Made by a program: the position numbers and the translations under genes | Notes under the pieces: generated by a model | The model's database searches: none | What the model saw: only the letters and a program-made list of their open reading frames with translations | What the model was told of the DNA's origin: nothing | Assembly: GCA_963708365.1 (NCBI GenBank) | Contig: CAVPSM010000011.1 | Coordinates: 67,606-131,605 of the forward strand | Source: an uncultured Actinomycetes bacterium | Lineage (GTDB): Bacteria > Actinomycetota > Thermoleophilia > Gaiellales > JAICJC01 | Reading direction: 5' to 3' | Length of the DNA: 64,000 nucleotides | In this document: one piece after another, positions 51,564 through 61,072 of the stretch | Layout: each line of letters begins with the position of its first letter | Position numbering within the stretch: the stretch's first letter is position 1

Positions 51564-51845
51564 ATGGGGCAGGCCGGGCCAGACCGGCAGCGCGGCCGCC
51601 GGCGGCGCTCGCCGGTGTACTACGTCCAGGTGCGGACCGATTCCGATCCGGTCAGCGGCTGGGTCGCGGTCGACGTCGCCGAGGACAAGCGCGAGGCGGC
51701 CCGGATGGCGGCGTCCGCGGTCGGCGGGGCGGGGCCGGTGCGGGTCATCGGCTCGGCCGAGCTCCTGCGTGAGGGCGGCCAGGACGCGATCAACCGGGCC
51801 GCGGTCGATCTGTGGACGGCGGGCAGCAGGCCGGACGAGCGCTAG
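51564..51845 (+). CDS. hypothetical 93-aa protein between tRNA-His and tRNA-Arg
   Basis: Strong G/C third-position bias. MGQAGPDRQRGRRRRSPVYYVQVRTDSDPVSGWVAVDVAEDKREAARMAASAVGGAGPVRVIGSAELLREGGQDAINRAAVDLW. No known motif. Alternative GTG start at 51561. Confidence 0.45.
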   Translation: MGQAGPDRQRGRRRRSPVYYVQVRTDSDPVSGWVAVDVAEDKREAARMAASAVGGAGPVRVIGSAELLREGGQDAINRAAVDLWTAGSRPDER

Positions 51846-51867
51846 CGGCCGTTAGGATGAGCGGCCG

Positions 51868-51940
51868 GCGCCCGTAGCTCAGGGGATAGAGCAGCAGACT
51901 TCGAATCTGCCGGTCGTCCGTTCGAATCGGACCGGGCGCG
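51868..51940 (+). tRNA. tRNA-Arg (anticodon TCG)
   Basis: GCGCCCGTAGCTCAGGGGATAGAGCAGCAGACTTCGAATCTGCCGGTCGTCCGTTCGAATCGGACCGGGCGCG. Perfect 7-bp acceptor stem, anticodon loop CTTCGAA. Confidence 0.9.
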
Positions 51941-52173
51941 TCGCCCTCGTAGAGCCAAATCACACCCTTCGCCTCACCGAGCCGCGGGCAACGAATGGGG
52001 GCAAGCCGCCGTCAGGCGAACAGCTCCAGCCCTTTCCGGCTTCCCAGCCGCCGACAGGGCCGTCACCGTGTGGTGCGCACCGCGACTGCTCGCCGTCGCG
52101 ATCGGCACGCGAACGCCGCAACTCCACCCATAACCCGCGTGCCTCTACAAGAGCCGAACGCGAGCCCTGGGGG

Positions 52174-52308
52174 CTAGCGTCGCAGCCTCTGCACGAGGCT
52201 CGCGAGGCCGATGACGGCGACCAGGATCCCGGCGAGCGTCGATCCCGTGAGCACGTAGACGAGTGCCCCTACGGCGACCATCGCAGCAGCGGTGACAACG
52301 ACTCTCAT
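52174..52308 (-). CDS. possible 44-aa two-TM peptide
   Basis: MRVVVTAAAMVAVGALVYVLTGSTLAGILVAVIGLASLVQRLRR. Hydrophobic mini-ORF inside ORF 52174..52362. Weak support. Confidence 0.3.
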   Translation of the reverse strand: MRVVVTAAAMVAVGALVYVLTGSTLAGILVAVIGLASLVQRLRR

Positions 52309-52526
52309 CCACAGCCCGTCCACGCACCCACCGTATGCGAGTTCACGGCATCGTGCCGTCACAGCGTCGCGCCGTCCAGTCGTCGGCAGAGGGGTGAGCG
52401 CGATTTGGCCGCGTCGCGAACCGCGCGCGGAACTGCAACGCTCAGCGTTCGGGGTCTGACCCCGGTTTGTGCCACACAGTCCGCGCCCGGCGGACGATCA
52501 GCCGGCCGAGCGACGCGAGGGGCGGG

Positions 52527-52745
52527 TCAGCTCGCTTCGGCGACGCCGCGGTTTGCCTCCCGGGCGGCGACGTAGAGCGCGAGCAGCCAGGCGACGAACG
52601 TCCACCCCAGCAGCAGGTTCAGCAGGAAGATGCCGAACGAGCTGCGCCCGCGGGCCGCCGCGACGATCGACGGCGTGAAGTAGCCGCTGACGAGGAAGAC
52701 GAGGATCACCAGGCCGAACGGGCCGCTTGCGTGGATGTTCAGCAT
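52527..52745 (-). CDS. superinfection immunity (Imm_superinfect) family small membrane protein
   Basis: 72 aa. YFTPSIVAAARGRSSFGIFLLNLLLGWTFVAWLLALYVA matches the family signature (YF.P.I.A..RG......I...NLLLGWT..GW..AL.WA). Confidence 0.65.
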   Translation of the reverse strand: MLNIHASGPFGLVILVFLVSGYFTPSIVAAARGRSSFGIFLLNLLLGWTFVAWLLALYVAAREANRGVAEAS

Positions 52746-52935
52746 GGCTCGACCGTACAGCCACGGCCGCCGGCCGACAAGGCCGACCCCGCGGGCGCCG
52801 CCCGCTTCGACGCCAGGAGGAGCACGAGCGCCGCCGCCAAGGCGCTGGAGCCTCCGGGTGACGCGGGACGTGGCGGCAGGGCGTTAACCAGGCACGGATG
52901 CAGACTACACCCCGTCTCGTCCCGGCAGCAGGCGG

Positions 52936-54232
52936 CTAGGCCGGAGGCTCGACAGGCGGAAACCGCACCGCGGCGAGCGTCCCGCCAACCGTGCCCGGCT
53001 CGAGCGTGAGCACCGCCCGATGGCGCTCACAGATCGCTCGCGCGATGGCGAGGCCGAGGCCGCTTCCGGAGACCCCGCCCGACGCCGAGCCGCGGTAGAA
53101 CCGGTCGAAAGCGCGCTCGCGGTCCTGCGAAGTGAGGCCGCGGCCGCGGTCGGCCACCGTCAGCGTCGGCCCGGCGAGGTCGCTCACGGAGACCGTCACC
53201 GGCGAGCCGACCGGGCTGTACTTGAGCGCGTTGTCGACGAGCACCCGCACGAGCTCGCCCAGGCGGCGCTCGTCACCGGACACGGTGACCGGCGCGAGCG
53301 ACGACTCGAGCGGCCGCTCCGGATCGAGGGCGCGCATCTCGTCGCAGGCCTCGGCGGCGACGACGTCGAGCCGCACCGGCACCGCCCGCATCGCCGGGCT
53401 GCCGGCCTCGGCCAGCGAGAGCAGCTCGGCGACCGTCGCCGAGACGCGCCGGGTCTCGCGGCCGATCACCGCGGCCGACTCCTGGACGAGCGTCCCACTC
53501 CTCGCGCTCGACCGACCGGGCCAGGATGCGCGCGTGGCCCTGGAGGGCGGTTAGCGGCGTCTTCAGCTCGTGCGAGGCGTCGGCGACGAACCGCTGCTGC
53601 TGGTCGGCGGCGAGCTCGGCCCGCTCGAGCAGCCGGTTGAACGCACGCGCGAGCCGGCCGAGCTCGTCGGGACGCCCCTCGGTGATACGGCGGTCGAGCG
53701 CGGCGCCGGGGATGTCGTCCACCTGCTGGCGCATGCGGTCGACGGGCCGCAGCGCCCGCCGGGCGAGGACCGCCCCCATCAGCCCGGCCGCGACGAGGAT
53801 GCCGATGCCGACCGCGACCAGCGTGCGCAGCAGGGTGTCGAGGGTCGAGGCGACGCTGCGGTTCGCGAGCAGCACGATCGCCTGGCCGCCGTCGCTGCGG
53901 GTGACCCGTGCGCTCGTCGAACCCGCGGGCGCACGCGTCGATCGCCCGGCCCACTCCGGCCAGCGTGTGGCCGGGCGCGCCGGTGGTCGAGTTGACGACG
54001 ACGCGGTCGGCGCCGGTGATCCAGATGCGGTCGCCGGGCGCGGCGATGCCGTCGAGCCGCAGCTCGTTCGGGCTCACCCCTCGCGGCGGCCCGGGCAAGA
54101 CGCTTCGCCGACGCGGTGGGCCTCGCCGCGCAGGTCGGAGCGGACGATGGCGTAGGTGATCGCCGAGGTCGCCACCACCAGCACCGCCATCACGAGCACG
54201 AACCAGGCCGCCAGGCGGAGGCGGACGCTCAC
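52936..54232 (-). CDS. sensor histidine kinase (HAMP-HisKA-HATPase_c), at least 3 frameshifts
   Basis: The GTG start overlaps the regulator stop (GTGA). TM1 LRLAAWFVLVMAVLVVATSAITYAI. HAMP/H-box ARRALRPVDRMRQQV...FVADASHELKTPLTALQGH (ORF 53273..53875). ATPase N, G1 and G2 boxes LVDNALKYSP, DRGRGL, GSGLGLAI (ORF 52936..53469). Confidence 0.8.
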
Positions 54233-54910
54233 CGGCGAATCGTGTACCCGACGCCGCGCACCGTGCGGATGATCGACCCGTCGGCAGAGGTGTCGAGCTT
54301 GCGCCGCAGCGCCGAGACGAAGAAGTCGATCACCTTGCTCTCGCCCAGGTAGCTGAAGCCCCACACGCCCTCGTAGATCTGCTCGCGCGTGAAGACGCGG
54401 CCCGGGCGCGTGCATGAGGAACGCCAGCAGGTCGAACTCGCGGGCCGTGAGCTCGACCGGGGCGCCGTCGACACTCACCTCGCGCGACTCCAGGTCGAGC
54501 CGCACCGGGCCCGCCTCGAGCGTCGTCTGGTCGCTGCCGGCGCGGCGGGTGAGCGCGCGCAGACGGGCCAGCAGCTCCTCGATCGCAAAGGGCTTGGCGA
54601 GGTAGTCGTCGGCGCCCGCGTCGAGCCCCACCACTCGGTCGCCCACGCGGTCGAGCGCGGTCAGCATCAGGATCGGCATGTCGTGGCCGGAGCGGCGTGC
54701 CCGCCGGCACACGCTGAGCCCGTCCATGTCCGGCAGGCGCACATCGAGCACGACCAGGTCGGGGCGGTCGCGCTCCATCGCCGCGAGGCCGTCCGAGCCG
54801 GCCGGCGCAACCTCGACGCGGTAGCCCGCCTCCCCCAGCTCCAGCTCGAGCACGCGGGCGATTCCGGGATCGTCCTCGACGACGAGCACGCGCTGCGCGG
54901 AGGCGTTCAC
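54229..54910 (-). CDS. OmpR/PhoB-type response regulator, one frameshift near 54410
   Basis: Receiver VLVVEDDPGIARVLELELGEAGYRV...DLVVLDVRLPDMDG...DDYLAKPF. The winged helix LTAREFDLLAFLM is followed, in ORF 54229..54474, by GRVFTREQIYEGVWGFSYLGESKVIDFFVSALRRKLD...IRTVRGVGYTIR. Confidence 0.85.
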
Positions 54911-55037
54911 GCGCCCACGATAGCGGTGCCCCGCGGCCCCTCTCCGAATCCTTACCGAACGGCCCGGCGAACGCTTACCCGCGCCATGCCGGCGCCGTAC
55001 GTTCGCGGTCTACGGTGACGCTGCCGTGAAGACGAAG

Positions 55038-55313
55038 TCAGCCGGCGGCGGGAACCTTGCCCCAGGCGGATGTGACCGCGATGTCGGCCATCCCCTGCGA
55101 GCGCTCACCGACGTTCTTCGGCGCGTGCACCCGCACCCGATACGGCGTGTCGCCCATCGGCGAGACGACGGCGCCGTAGAGGCCGGCCGACGCCGAGCGC
55201 ACGACCTCCTCGGAGCTGCCCGCAGCGACCGTCACCCAGCGATCCGGACGGAACACGTTGAAGCGCACCTGTGCGAACACGACGTCGTCGTGAGCATCCA
55301 CTTCGCGTCCCAC
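55038..55313 (-). CDS. hypothetical 91-aa protein upstream of the two-component operon
   Basis: Good G/C third-position bias. MGREVDAHDDVVFAQVRFNVFRPDRWVTVAAGSSEEVVRSASAGLYGAVVSPMGDTPYRVRVHAPKNVGERSQGMADIAVTSAWGKVPAAG. No recognised family. Confidence 0.4.
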   Translation of the reverse strand: MGREVDAHDDVVFAQVRFNVFRPDRWVTVAAGSSEEVVRSASAGLYGAVVSPMGDTPYRVRVHAPKNVGERSQGMADIAVTSAWGKVPAAG

Positions 55314-55447
55314 GCTAGTTGGCGCAGGCGCGGCGAGTCGATCCCCTTTACAAAGGTTCTCAACAAAATTCGCAAGTCGTCACAAAGCGGTCGGGCAGAT
55401 CGCAACTCGCATATTCCACTACAAGCAGGCGCACGTACACTGGAGTG

Positions 55448-56479
55448 ATGTGGAGATGGGTACTCCCGGTCGCGGTCGTTGTCGCGGTCCTCTTCGGGTT
55501 CATGGCGAGCCGCAACGGACCGACGCAGCACACGAAGGCGCACGCGCCTCCGGTGATCACGACGCCACCGACCACCGCCACTCAGACGGCGGCGCCGACG
55601 TGCGGGACGAAGCGCGGCCAGCAGGCGAAGGTGCGCCACGTCGTCTGGATCTGGATGGGCACCCAGGGCTACTCGCACGTGATCGGGAAGCTGCAGGTCG
55701 CGCCGTACACGAACCAGCTCGCCCAGGCGTGCGGGCTCGGGACCCGGTACACGACGATCACGCACCCGGCGATCGCAAACAACGTGGCCGCGCTCACCGG
55801 CGACACCCACGGGCTTGTCCACAACTCGTGTGGGACGGCGTGCACGACGACGGCACCGAGCCTCCTCTCGCAGGTACCGTCGTGGCGGGCGTTCATCGGC
55901 GGCATGCCCGGGGCGTGCCGCAAGCTGGCAGCGGCGAACTACTCCCGCCTGTCGAACCCGCCCACCTACGTGACCCCACCCGGCTGCACGAAGTACGACC
56001 TGCCGCTGGGGACGACGAAGCAAGGCCCACTGCAGCGGACGATCGCGCAGAACGCGCTGCCGGCGTTCACGCTGATCGTGCCCGACGGCTGCCACGACAG
56101 CGGCTTCGACAAGCACTGCGGCGGCAAGCTGAAGCGGTCCGCGTTCCTGGCCCGGGCGGACCTGTGGCTGAACGGCTGGATCCACACCATCACGAGCTCG
56201 CCCGCCTACACGTCTGGCTCGACCGTCATCTTCGTCACCTGGAACCAGGGCGCGCCGGCGAAGCCGTTGCGGATCGACTGCACGTCCCGCCCGGCCGGCG
56301 GCGCGTGCCAGGTACCCCTGATCGTCGTCTCGCCGTACGTCAAGCCCGGCCTGGCAGCCCCGGTCCGGCTGACTCATTACAGCCTGCTGGGAGCGACGGA
56401 GCGGCTGCTTGGCGTGCCGCCCCTGGCGCACGCGGCCGGCCCCTCCGGCCTTGCGCTCCTGCGGGCGTTCGGCCTGTGA
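55448..56479 (+). CDS. secreted phosphoesterase family protein (phospholipase C / acid phosphatase-like, PF04185 type)
   Basis: Signal anchor MWRWVLPVAVVVAVLFGF, Thr/Pro linker, then VVWIWMGTQGYSHVIG...APYTNQLAQACGL...ITHPAIANNVAALTGDTHG...TLIVPDGCHDSGFD...VIFVTWNQG, typical of this family. Confidence 0.7.
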   Translation: MWRWVLPVAVVVAVLFGFMASRNGPTQHTKAHAPPVITTPPTTATQTAAPTCGTKRGQQAKVRHVVWIWMGTQGYSHVIGKLQVAPYTNQLAQACGLGTRYTTITHPAIANNVAALTGDTHGLVHNSCGTACTTTAPSLLSQVPSWRAFIGGMPGACRKLAAANYSRLSNPPTYVTPPGCTKYDLPLGTTKQGPLQRTIAQNALPAFTLIVPDGCHDSGFDKHCGGKLKRSAFLARADLWLNGWIHTITSSPAYTSGSTVIFVTWNQGAPAKPLRIDCTSRPAGGACQVPLIVVSPYVKPGLAAPVRLTHYSLLGATERLLGVPPLAHAAGPSGLALLRAFGL

Positions 56480-57748
56480 GGCTCCTCGCTCTCGCGGCGC
56501 TCGGCTGCACCCTGGTCCTCGCGGCCGGGTGTGGCGGTAGCGGCGACTCGTCGGGCAACGGCGGGGTCGGATCCGGTCCGCTGCCGCCGCCCGCGCCGCC
56601 GGTGAGCACGGGCAAGGCGGCCCACATCGTGAAGCCGTGGGTGACGACGTCCGGCGGCAAGTTCGTCGACCAGAACGGCCAGCAGGTGATCCTGCACGGG
56701 TTCGACATGTCGGTCGGGATGTCGCACCTGGCCCCGGTGGCGCAGCAGCTGGGCGCGAACATGGCCCGCGTCTACGTCGGGTGGGACGCGATCCAGCCGC
56801 AGGCGACCCGAGAATGGGCACTACCGCTGGGACGCGAAGACGCTCGGGAAGCTCGACAAGATCGTCGCGGCCTTGGCGGCCGTGCACATCAACGTGCTGA
56901 TCGACTTCCACCAGTTCCACTGGTCGCCGTACTTCGCCCAGGCGACGTGCAAGGCGGGCAAGGCCGTCTGCCGGGCCAGCGGCGTGCCCGCGTGGTACTA
57001 CGCCGGCGGCCGCTTCCCGGCGACGCGGAGCGGCGAGTCACACGCCGAGGCGGCGTTCTGGACGACCGAGGCGTCGCGCTCGCAGGCCTACTACTCAGCC
57101 TTCGCCAGCATGATCGCCGCGCGCTACGCGCACGATCCCAACGTCGTCGGCTACGAGATCATTAACGAGCCGCACCCCGGCAAGCTGGGCGACACGACGG
57201 ATGCGACGAACACGATGCTGCGCTGGGAGGCCGGGATCCGCCGTGCCATCCAGAAGGTCGACCCCACCCGCACCGTGTTCATCATGTGCCGCGGCGGCGG
57301 CGAGGGCGTGGGTACCGCGAGCCTCAAGCCGTTCGGGTCGCTCGACCATATGGCGCTCGACTGGCACGACTACTTCAACGGGCTGTCCGGCGGCCTCGAC
57401 TCGGCCGGCGACAACTGGGTGCCGTCATGGGCGGACACCCACAACCAGGAAACGTCCGCCTACACGGGCACCGCCGCGGCCCAGGCACGGGTGCTCCGGG
57501 TGCCGCTCGACCGCGCCAAGGCGTGGGGCATCCCGCTCCTCGTCGGCGAGTGGGGCTTCCACACGGGCGCGCCGGGGAGCGACACGTACCAGTCGCAGAT
57601 GCTCCAGCTCTTCCAGAAGAACGACGTGAGCTGGACACGCTGGGTGCTCGCGACCGGTGGCGGGTTCGCCCTCCTGAACGCCGACGACACGCCGACGCCC
57701 GAGGCCACGCAGCTCGGCGCGGCGATGCACGCGACCACCACGCCGTAG
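56476..57748 (+). CDS. glycoside hydrolase family 5 lipoprotein, one frameshift near 56810
   Basis: The GTG overlaps the upstream stop (GTGA). Lipobox LALAALGCTLVLAAGCGG. GH5 acid/base motif GYEIINEPH and nucleophile motif LLVGEWG. The N-part is in ORF 55450..57165 and the body in ORF 56873..57748. Confidence 0.75.
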
Positions 57749-57757
57749 CCACTGGCG

Positions 57758-59344
57758 CTAGGCCGTTGCCATGCGCTCGGCGCGGCGGCGCCGGCGGGAG
57801 CGCAGCGTGCCACCGAGCAGCACGAGCTCGACCGGGTCGCGGAACTTCCAGAGCAGCGCGGCGTAGCCCGCCGTCCCGACGACGGCGCAGATGACGAGCG
57901 CGGGGATCGTTGCGCCCATCGTCAGGCGCAGGGCCATCCCGAGCACGCCGAAGCAGAGCAGCGAGCTCCCGGCGGCGACGGGGAACCCGCGCCCGAACGG
58001 GTGCACCTTCAGGAACGCGCGCACCTCGGCGAGCGGGGCCACGTTGTTCACGAGGAGGCTGCCGGCCCAGGCGATGGCCGCGCCTGAGATTCCGATCTGC
58101 GGGATGAGGAGGAAGCTGAGCGCGATGTTCACCGTCAGGGCGACGATGACGTTGAAGAGGTTCCAGAAGCTGCGGCCGCCCATGAGGAGCACCATGTCGA
58201 CGGGCCCGATGCCGGTGGCGACGAGCATCGTCACGGCCAGGATCTCGAGGGACGACGTCCCGGCCACGTACTGGGGCTTGAACACCTTCAAGAGCAGCGG
58301 CGCGAACACCGCCAGGCCGATGTACATCGGCCACGCCATGGTTATGAGCCACGCGGTCGCGACCTGGTAGACGTCCTTGGCCCGCTCGCGCGCCCCCGCC
58401 GTCAGCAGCTCGGAGAGCTTGGGCCCGATCGCCTGGATGACCGCCATGTTGACGACGCTGCCCGCTACCAGATACCGGGTGGACGCCGTGTAGATCGAGG
58501 CGCTCGCGGTGTCCATCAGCGAGCCGACCAGCAGCGTGCCGATCCACAGCGTCGTCACCTGGAAGACGCCGGTGAGCCCGCGCGGCGCCGTGAAGACCCA
58601 GAATTCGCGGTAGAGCCGCCGCATATCGGTCGGCGGCTTCGTCGGGCGCTCGCGCCGCTCCACCCTCTGGACGAGCCGCCCCAGCCAGACGAGCGTGATG
58701 GCGAACGCGATCCCGATCGGCAGGCTCCACGCGACCGCGACCGCGAAGCTGCCGCCGCCCGCGAGCACGGCCACGGCGACGGCGACCGTCTGTGCCCCCG
58801 ACTTGCCGATCCGGTCGAGGAGCGCGTTGGGCACCATCGTCCCGAAGCCGCGCGTCGCGGCAATGGCCACCGTGTACGCGCTCGAGAGCGGCAGGAACAC
58901 CGCCAGGACGCGGATGTAGGTCGCGACCGCGTCGGCATCCTGGGGGCGGTGGTTGGTGAAGATGGCCGCGAGCGGCGCGGCCAGCGCGAACGAGATCGCC
59001 GCGAGCAGCACGCCGGCGGCGAACGAAGGGATGAGGCCCACGCGGAGGCTGCGGCGCACGTCCCCGATCCGGCCGCTCACGCGGTAGCTCGGGATCATGC
59101 GCGTGAGGCCGGTGTCGGCGCCAAGCTCGGCGGTGTTGGAGAGGATCAGAAAGAGCGCGATCGCCTCGAAGAAGGCGCCGGACTCGTTGCGCGTGAGCGC
59201 CCGCGTGACCACGACGACGAGCGCGAACTGGAAGATCCCGTTCGCGACCGCCCCGATGAAGTTCAGCGACCCGCCCCGAGCGACCATCTTGAGGTCGTCG
59301 GTGCGCTCCCGCAGCGCTGCTGCGGGCTCGTCGACGGCGGTCAT
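57758..59344 (-). CDS. polysaccharide flippase, MOP/Wzx family
   Basis: Start chosen at MTAVDEP (the ATG overlaps the upstream stop as ATGA at 59341-59344). About 14 TM helices. The N-terminal ARGGSLNFIGAVANGIFQFALVVVVTRAL is typical of Polysacc_synt flippases. Confidence 0.8.
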   Translation of the reverse strand: MTAVDEPAAALRERTDDLKMVARGGSLNFIGAVANGIFQFALVVVVTRALTRNESGAFFEAIALFLILSNTAELGADTGLTRMIPSYRVSGRIGDVRRSLRVGLIPSFAAGVLLAAISFALAAPLAAIFTNHRPQDADAVATYIRVLAVFLPLSSAYTVAIAATRGFGTMVPNALLDRIGKSGAQTVAVAVAVLAGGGSFAVAVAWSLPIGIAFAITLVWLGRLVQRVERRERPTKPPTDMRRLYREFWVFTAPRGLTGVFQVTTLWIGTLLVGSLMDTASASIYTASTRYLVAGSVVNMAVIQAIGPKLSELLTAGARERAKDVYQVATAWLITMAWPMYIGLAVFAPLLLKVFKPQYVAGTSSLEILAVTMLVATGIGPVDMVLLMGGRSFWNLFNVIVALTVNIALSFLLIPQIGISGAAIAWAGSLLVNNVAPLAEVRAFLKVHPFGRGFPVAAGSSLLCFGVLGMALRLTMGATIPALVICAVVGTAGYAALLWKFRDPVELVLLGGTLRSRRRRRAERMATA

Positions 59345-60264
59345 CGCTCCGCCCGGTCGCGCTCGCCCGCCGGCCATCCCATCCGCATGCCCAGGAACTC
59401 CTCCAGCCTCCGGTTCGGCTCGGCGTAGTGCGCCTCGAGCCGCTCGCGTGTCGCGGCCGCCATGCCCGCGGCCGGACGTGCATTGTAGGCCTTGAATCCG
59501 GGAGCGTTCGGCGGGTCGGGCAGCCCGAGGAAGCGGAGCACTCCGGCATACACCAACGCCGGGTCGGCGAAGAAGCGCTCGGCGCAGATCACGTGCATCT
59601 GGTCGGCCGGGAAATGCTCCCGCCACGCCGCCAGCTGGTCGGCGTACTCGCCCCGCGCCACGTAGGCGTGATGCTGCACCGCCGGGCTGGCGTAAGTCGG
59701 ATCCGCCAGCATGTGCTCGCGCTCGCCGGCGAGGCGCGACGGCTCGAGGTCGAGCGCCCGCTCGAACGTCTCCGCGTCCTCGAACCCGCGGGCGTACTCC
59801 TGGCGGTAGTGCGAGTAGGCGCGCTCCACCGGGTCTCGCAGCATCGCGATCACGCGGGCCTTCGGCACGGCCGCCGCCGCCCGGGCCGGTCCGTGTGGGT
59901 GGAACAGGTAGTAGGGGCTGCCCTCGCCGGTGACGATCGGGCCGCCGTGGCGGTGCTCGCGCGCACGCCGTGCCCGCTCGGTGGGGAAGTGCGCCCGGTA
60001 CCAGCGCAGGCTGCGATCCGGGTGCAGGTCGAAGTAGTGGACGCCCTTGCTCGGCGTCGCCGGCATCACCTGCGGATGTTCGAGCAGGTAGCGGTAGAGC
60101 GATGTCGTGCCGCTGCGCTGGGCGCCGATGATGAGGAAGTCCGGCAGCGGCCGCTGCGACGCCGTCAGCATGTTCCAGGCGGTGACGGCCTCGCGGCCCG
60201 CCGTGATCACGGGCGCCGGCAGGCGCGAGTAGTTGTCGTTCTTCGATCCGCGCTCGCGCGGCAT
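59341..60264 (-). CDS. sulfotransferase family protein (ST1)
   Basis: 307 aa from MPRERGS. 5'-PSB motif DFLIIGAQRSGTTSLYRYL, 3'-PB motif VIAMLRDPVERAYSHYRQ. The upstream stop and this ATG share one base (TGATG). Confidence 0.85.
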   Translation of the reverse strand: MPRERGSKNDNYSRLPAPVITAGREAVTAWNMLTASQRPLPDFLIIGAQRSGTTSLYRYLLEHPQVMPATPSKGVHYFDLHPDRSLRWYRAHFPTERARRAREHRHGGPIVTGEGSPYYLFHPHGPARAAAAVPKARVIAMLRDPVERAYSHYRQEYARGFEDAETFERALDLEPSRLAGEREHMLADPTYASPAVQHHAYVARGEYADQLAAWREHFPADQMHVICAERFFADPALVYAGVLRFLGLPDPPNAPGFKAYNARPAAGMAAATRERLEAHYAEPNRRLEEFLGMRMGWPAGERDRAER

Positions 60265-61070
60265 CAGCGAATCCCCTCGAGCGGCGTGAGCAGCTGGGGC
60301 TTGCGCAGGCTGTAGCCGAAGCGGCCGACCCGCTCCTCCAGCGTCTCCATGGCCTTCTCGATGTCCGCCCCGGTGCCCGGGTTGTGCCGCGCCAGCGACC
60401 AGCGCCGGAAGTAGGAGTCGTTGATGTCGGTGCGGACGTGCAGGCCGCTCGGGCGCGGCTCGATACCCGTGAAGCGGAACACCTCGGCCAGGCGCTCGTC
60501 CGGGTTCGAGACGAACTCCTCGTAGCGCATGATCAGCATGTGGTCGATCGCCGCCGCGTCTTCGAGCATCACCTCGTGGCAGTGCAGCCAGTGCTCGACC
60601 AGCGACGAGTAGGACATGCGCCGCCACATCCGCCGCGCCCGGCCGAACCGGCGCGTGGCGGCGGCCACGGCGATCGGGTGGCGCAGGATCATGACCATCC
60701 GCGACCCGGGGAAGAGCGCCTGGAGGAAGCGCGCCCGGATCAGGTTCGGCGGCGACTTCTCGACCAGCACGGGCCGGGACATGTCCCAGTACTTGCCCCA
60801 CTGCTCGAGCAGGCGCGTGCGGCTCGCGTCGGAGACGAGCGCCGATGTCTCTGTCAGGTGCGCCTCGGGGTCGAAGCCGAACCGGCCCGGCCCGCCGTAC
60901 GCGCGCCCCGGCTGGTACACCGTCTGCAGGTGCTGGCCCTCGTCCTCGCGCGCGCCGGTGCCGGAGAAGCCGCTCACCTCGGGGTGCTCGGCCATGCAGC
61001 GGGCGAGCAGCGTGGTGCCGCTGCGGTGCAGACCGCCGATGAACACGAAGGTGTGCTCCTGCCAGTCCAT
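60264..61070 (-). CDS. sulfotransferase family protein (ST2)
   Basis: 268 aa from MDWQEHTF. TFVFIGGLHRSGTTLLARCM P-loop-like PAPS motif. MVMILRHPIAVAAATRR in the 3'-PB position. Confidence 0.8.
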   Translation of the reverse strand: MDWQEHTFVFIGGLHRSGTTLLARCMAEHPEVSGFSGTGAREDEGQHLQTVYQPGRAYGGPGRFGFDPEAHLTETSALVSDASRTRLLEQWGKYWDMSRPVLVEKSPPNLIRARFLQALFPGSRMVMILRHPIAVAAATRRFGRARRMWRRMSYSSLVEHWLHCHEVMLEDAAAIDHMLIMRYEEFVSNPDERLAEVFRFTGIEPRPSGLHVRTDINDSYFRRWSLARHNPGTGADIEKAMETLEERVGRFGYSLRKPQLLTPLEGIR

Positions 61071-61072
61071 CG

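Noticed and set aside
51300-57750. Prophage or integrative element attached to the tRNA cluster
   Set aside because: No integrase, excisionase, capsid/terminase genes or att-like direct repeat were found within the window. Only one phage-associated family (Imm_superinfect) is present. Kept as a low-confidence boundary hypothesis rather than a mobile_element feature.
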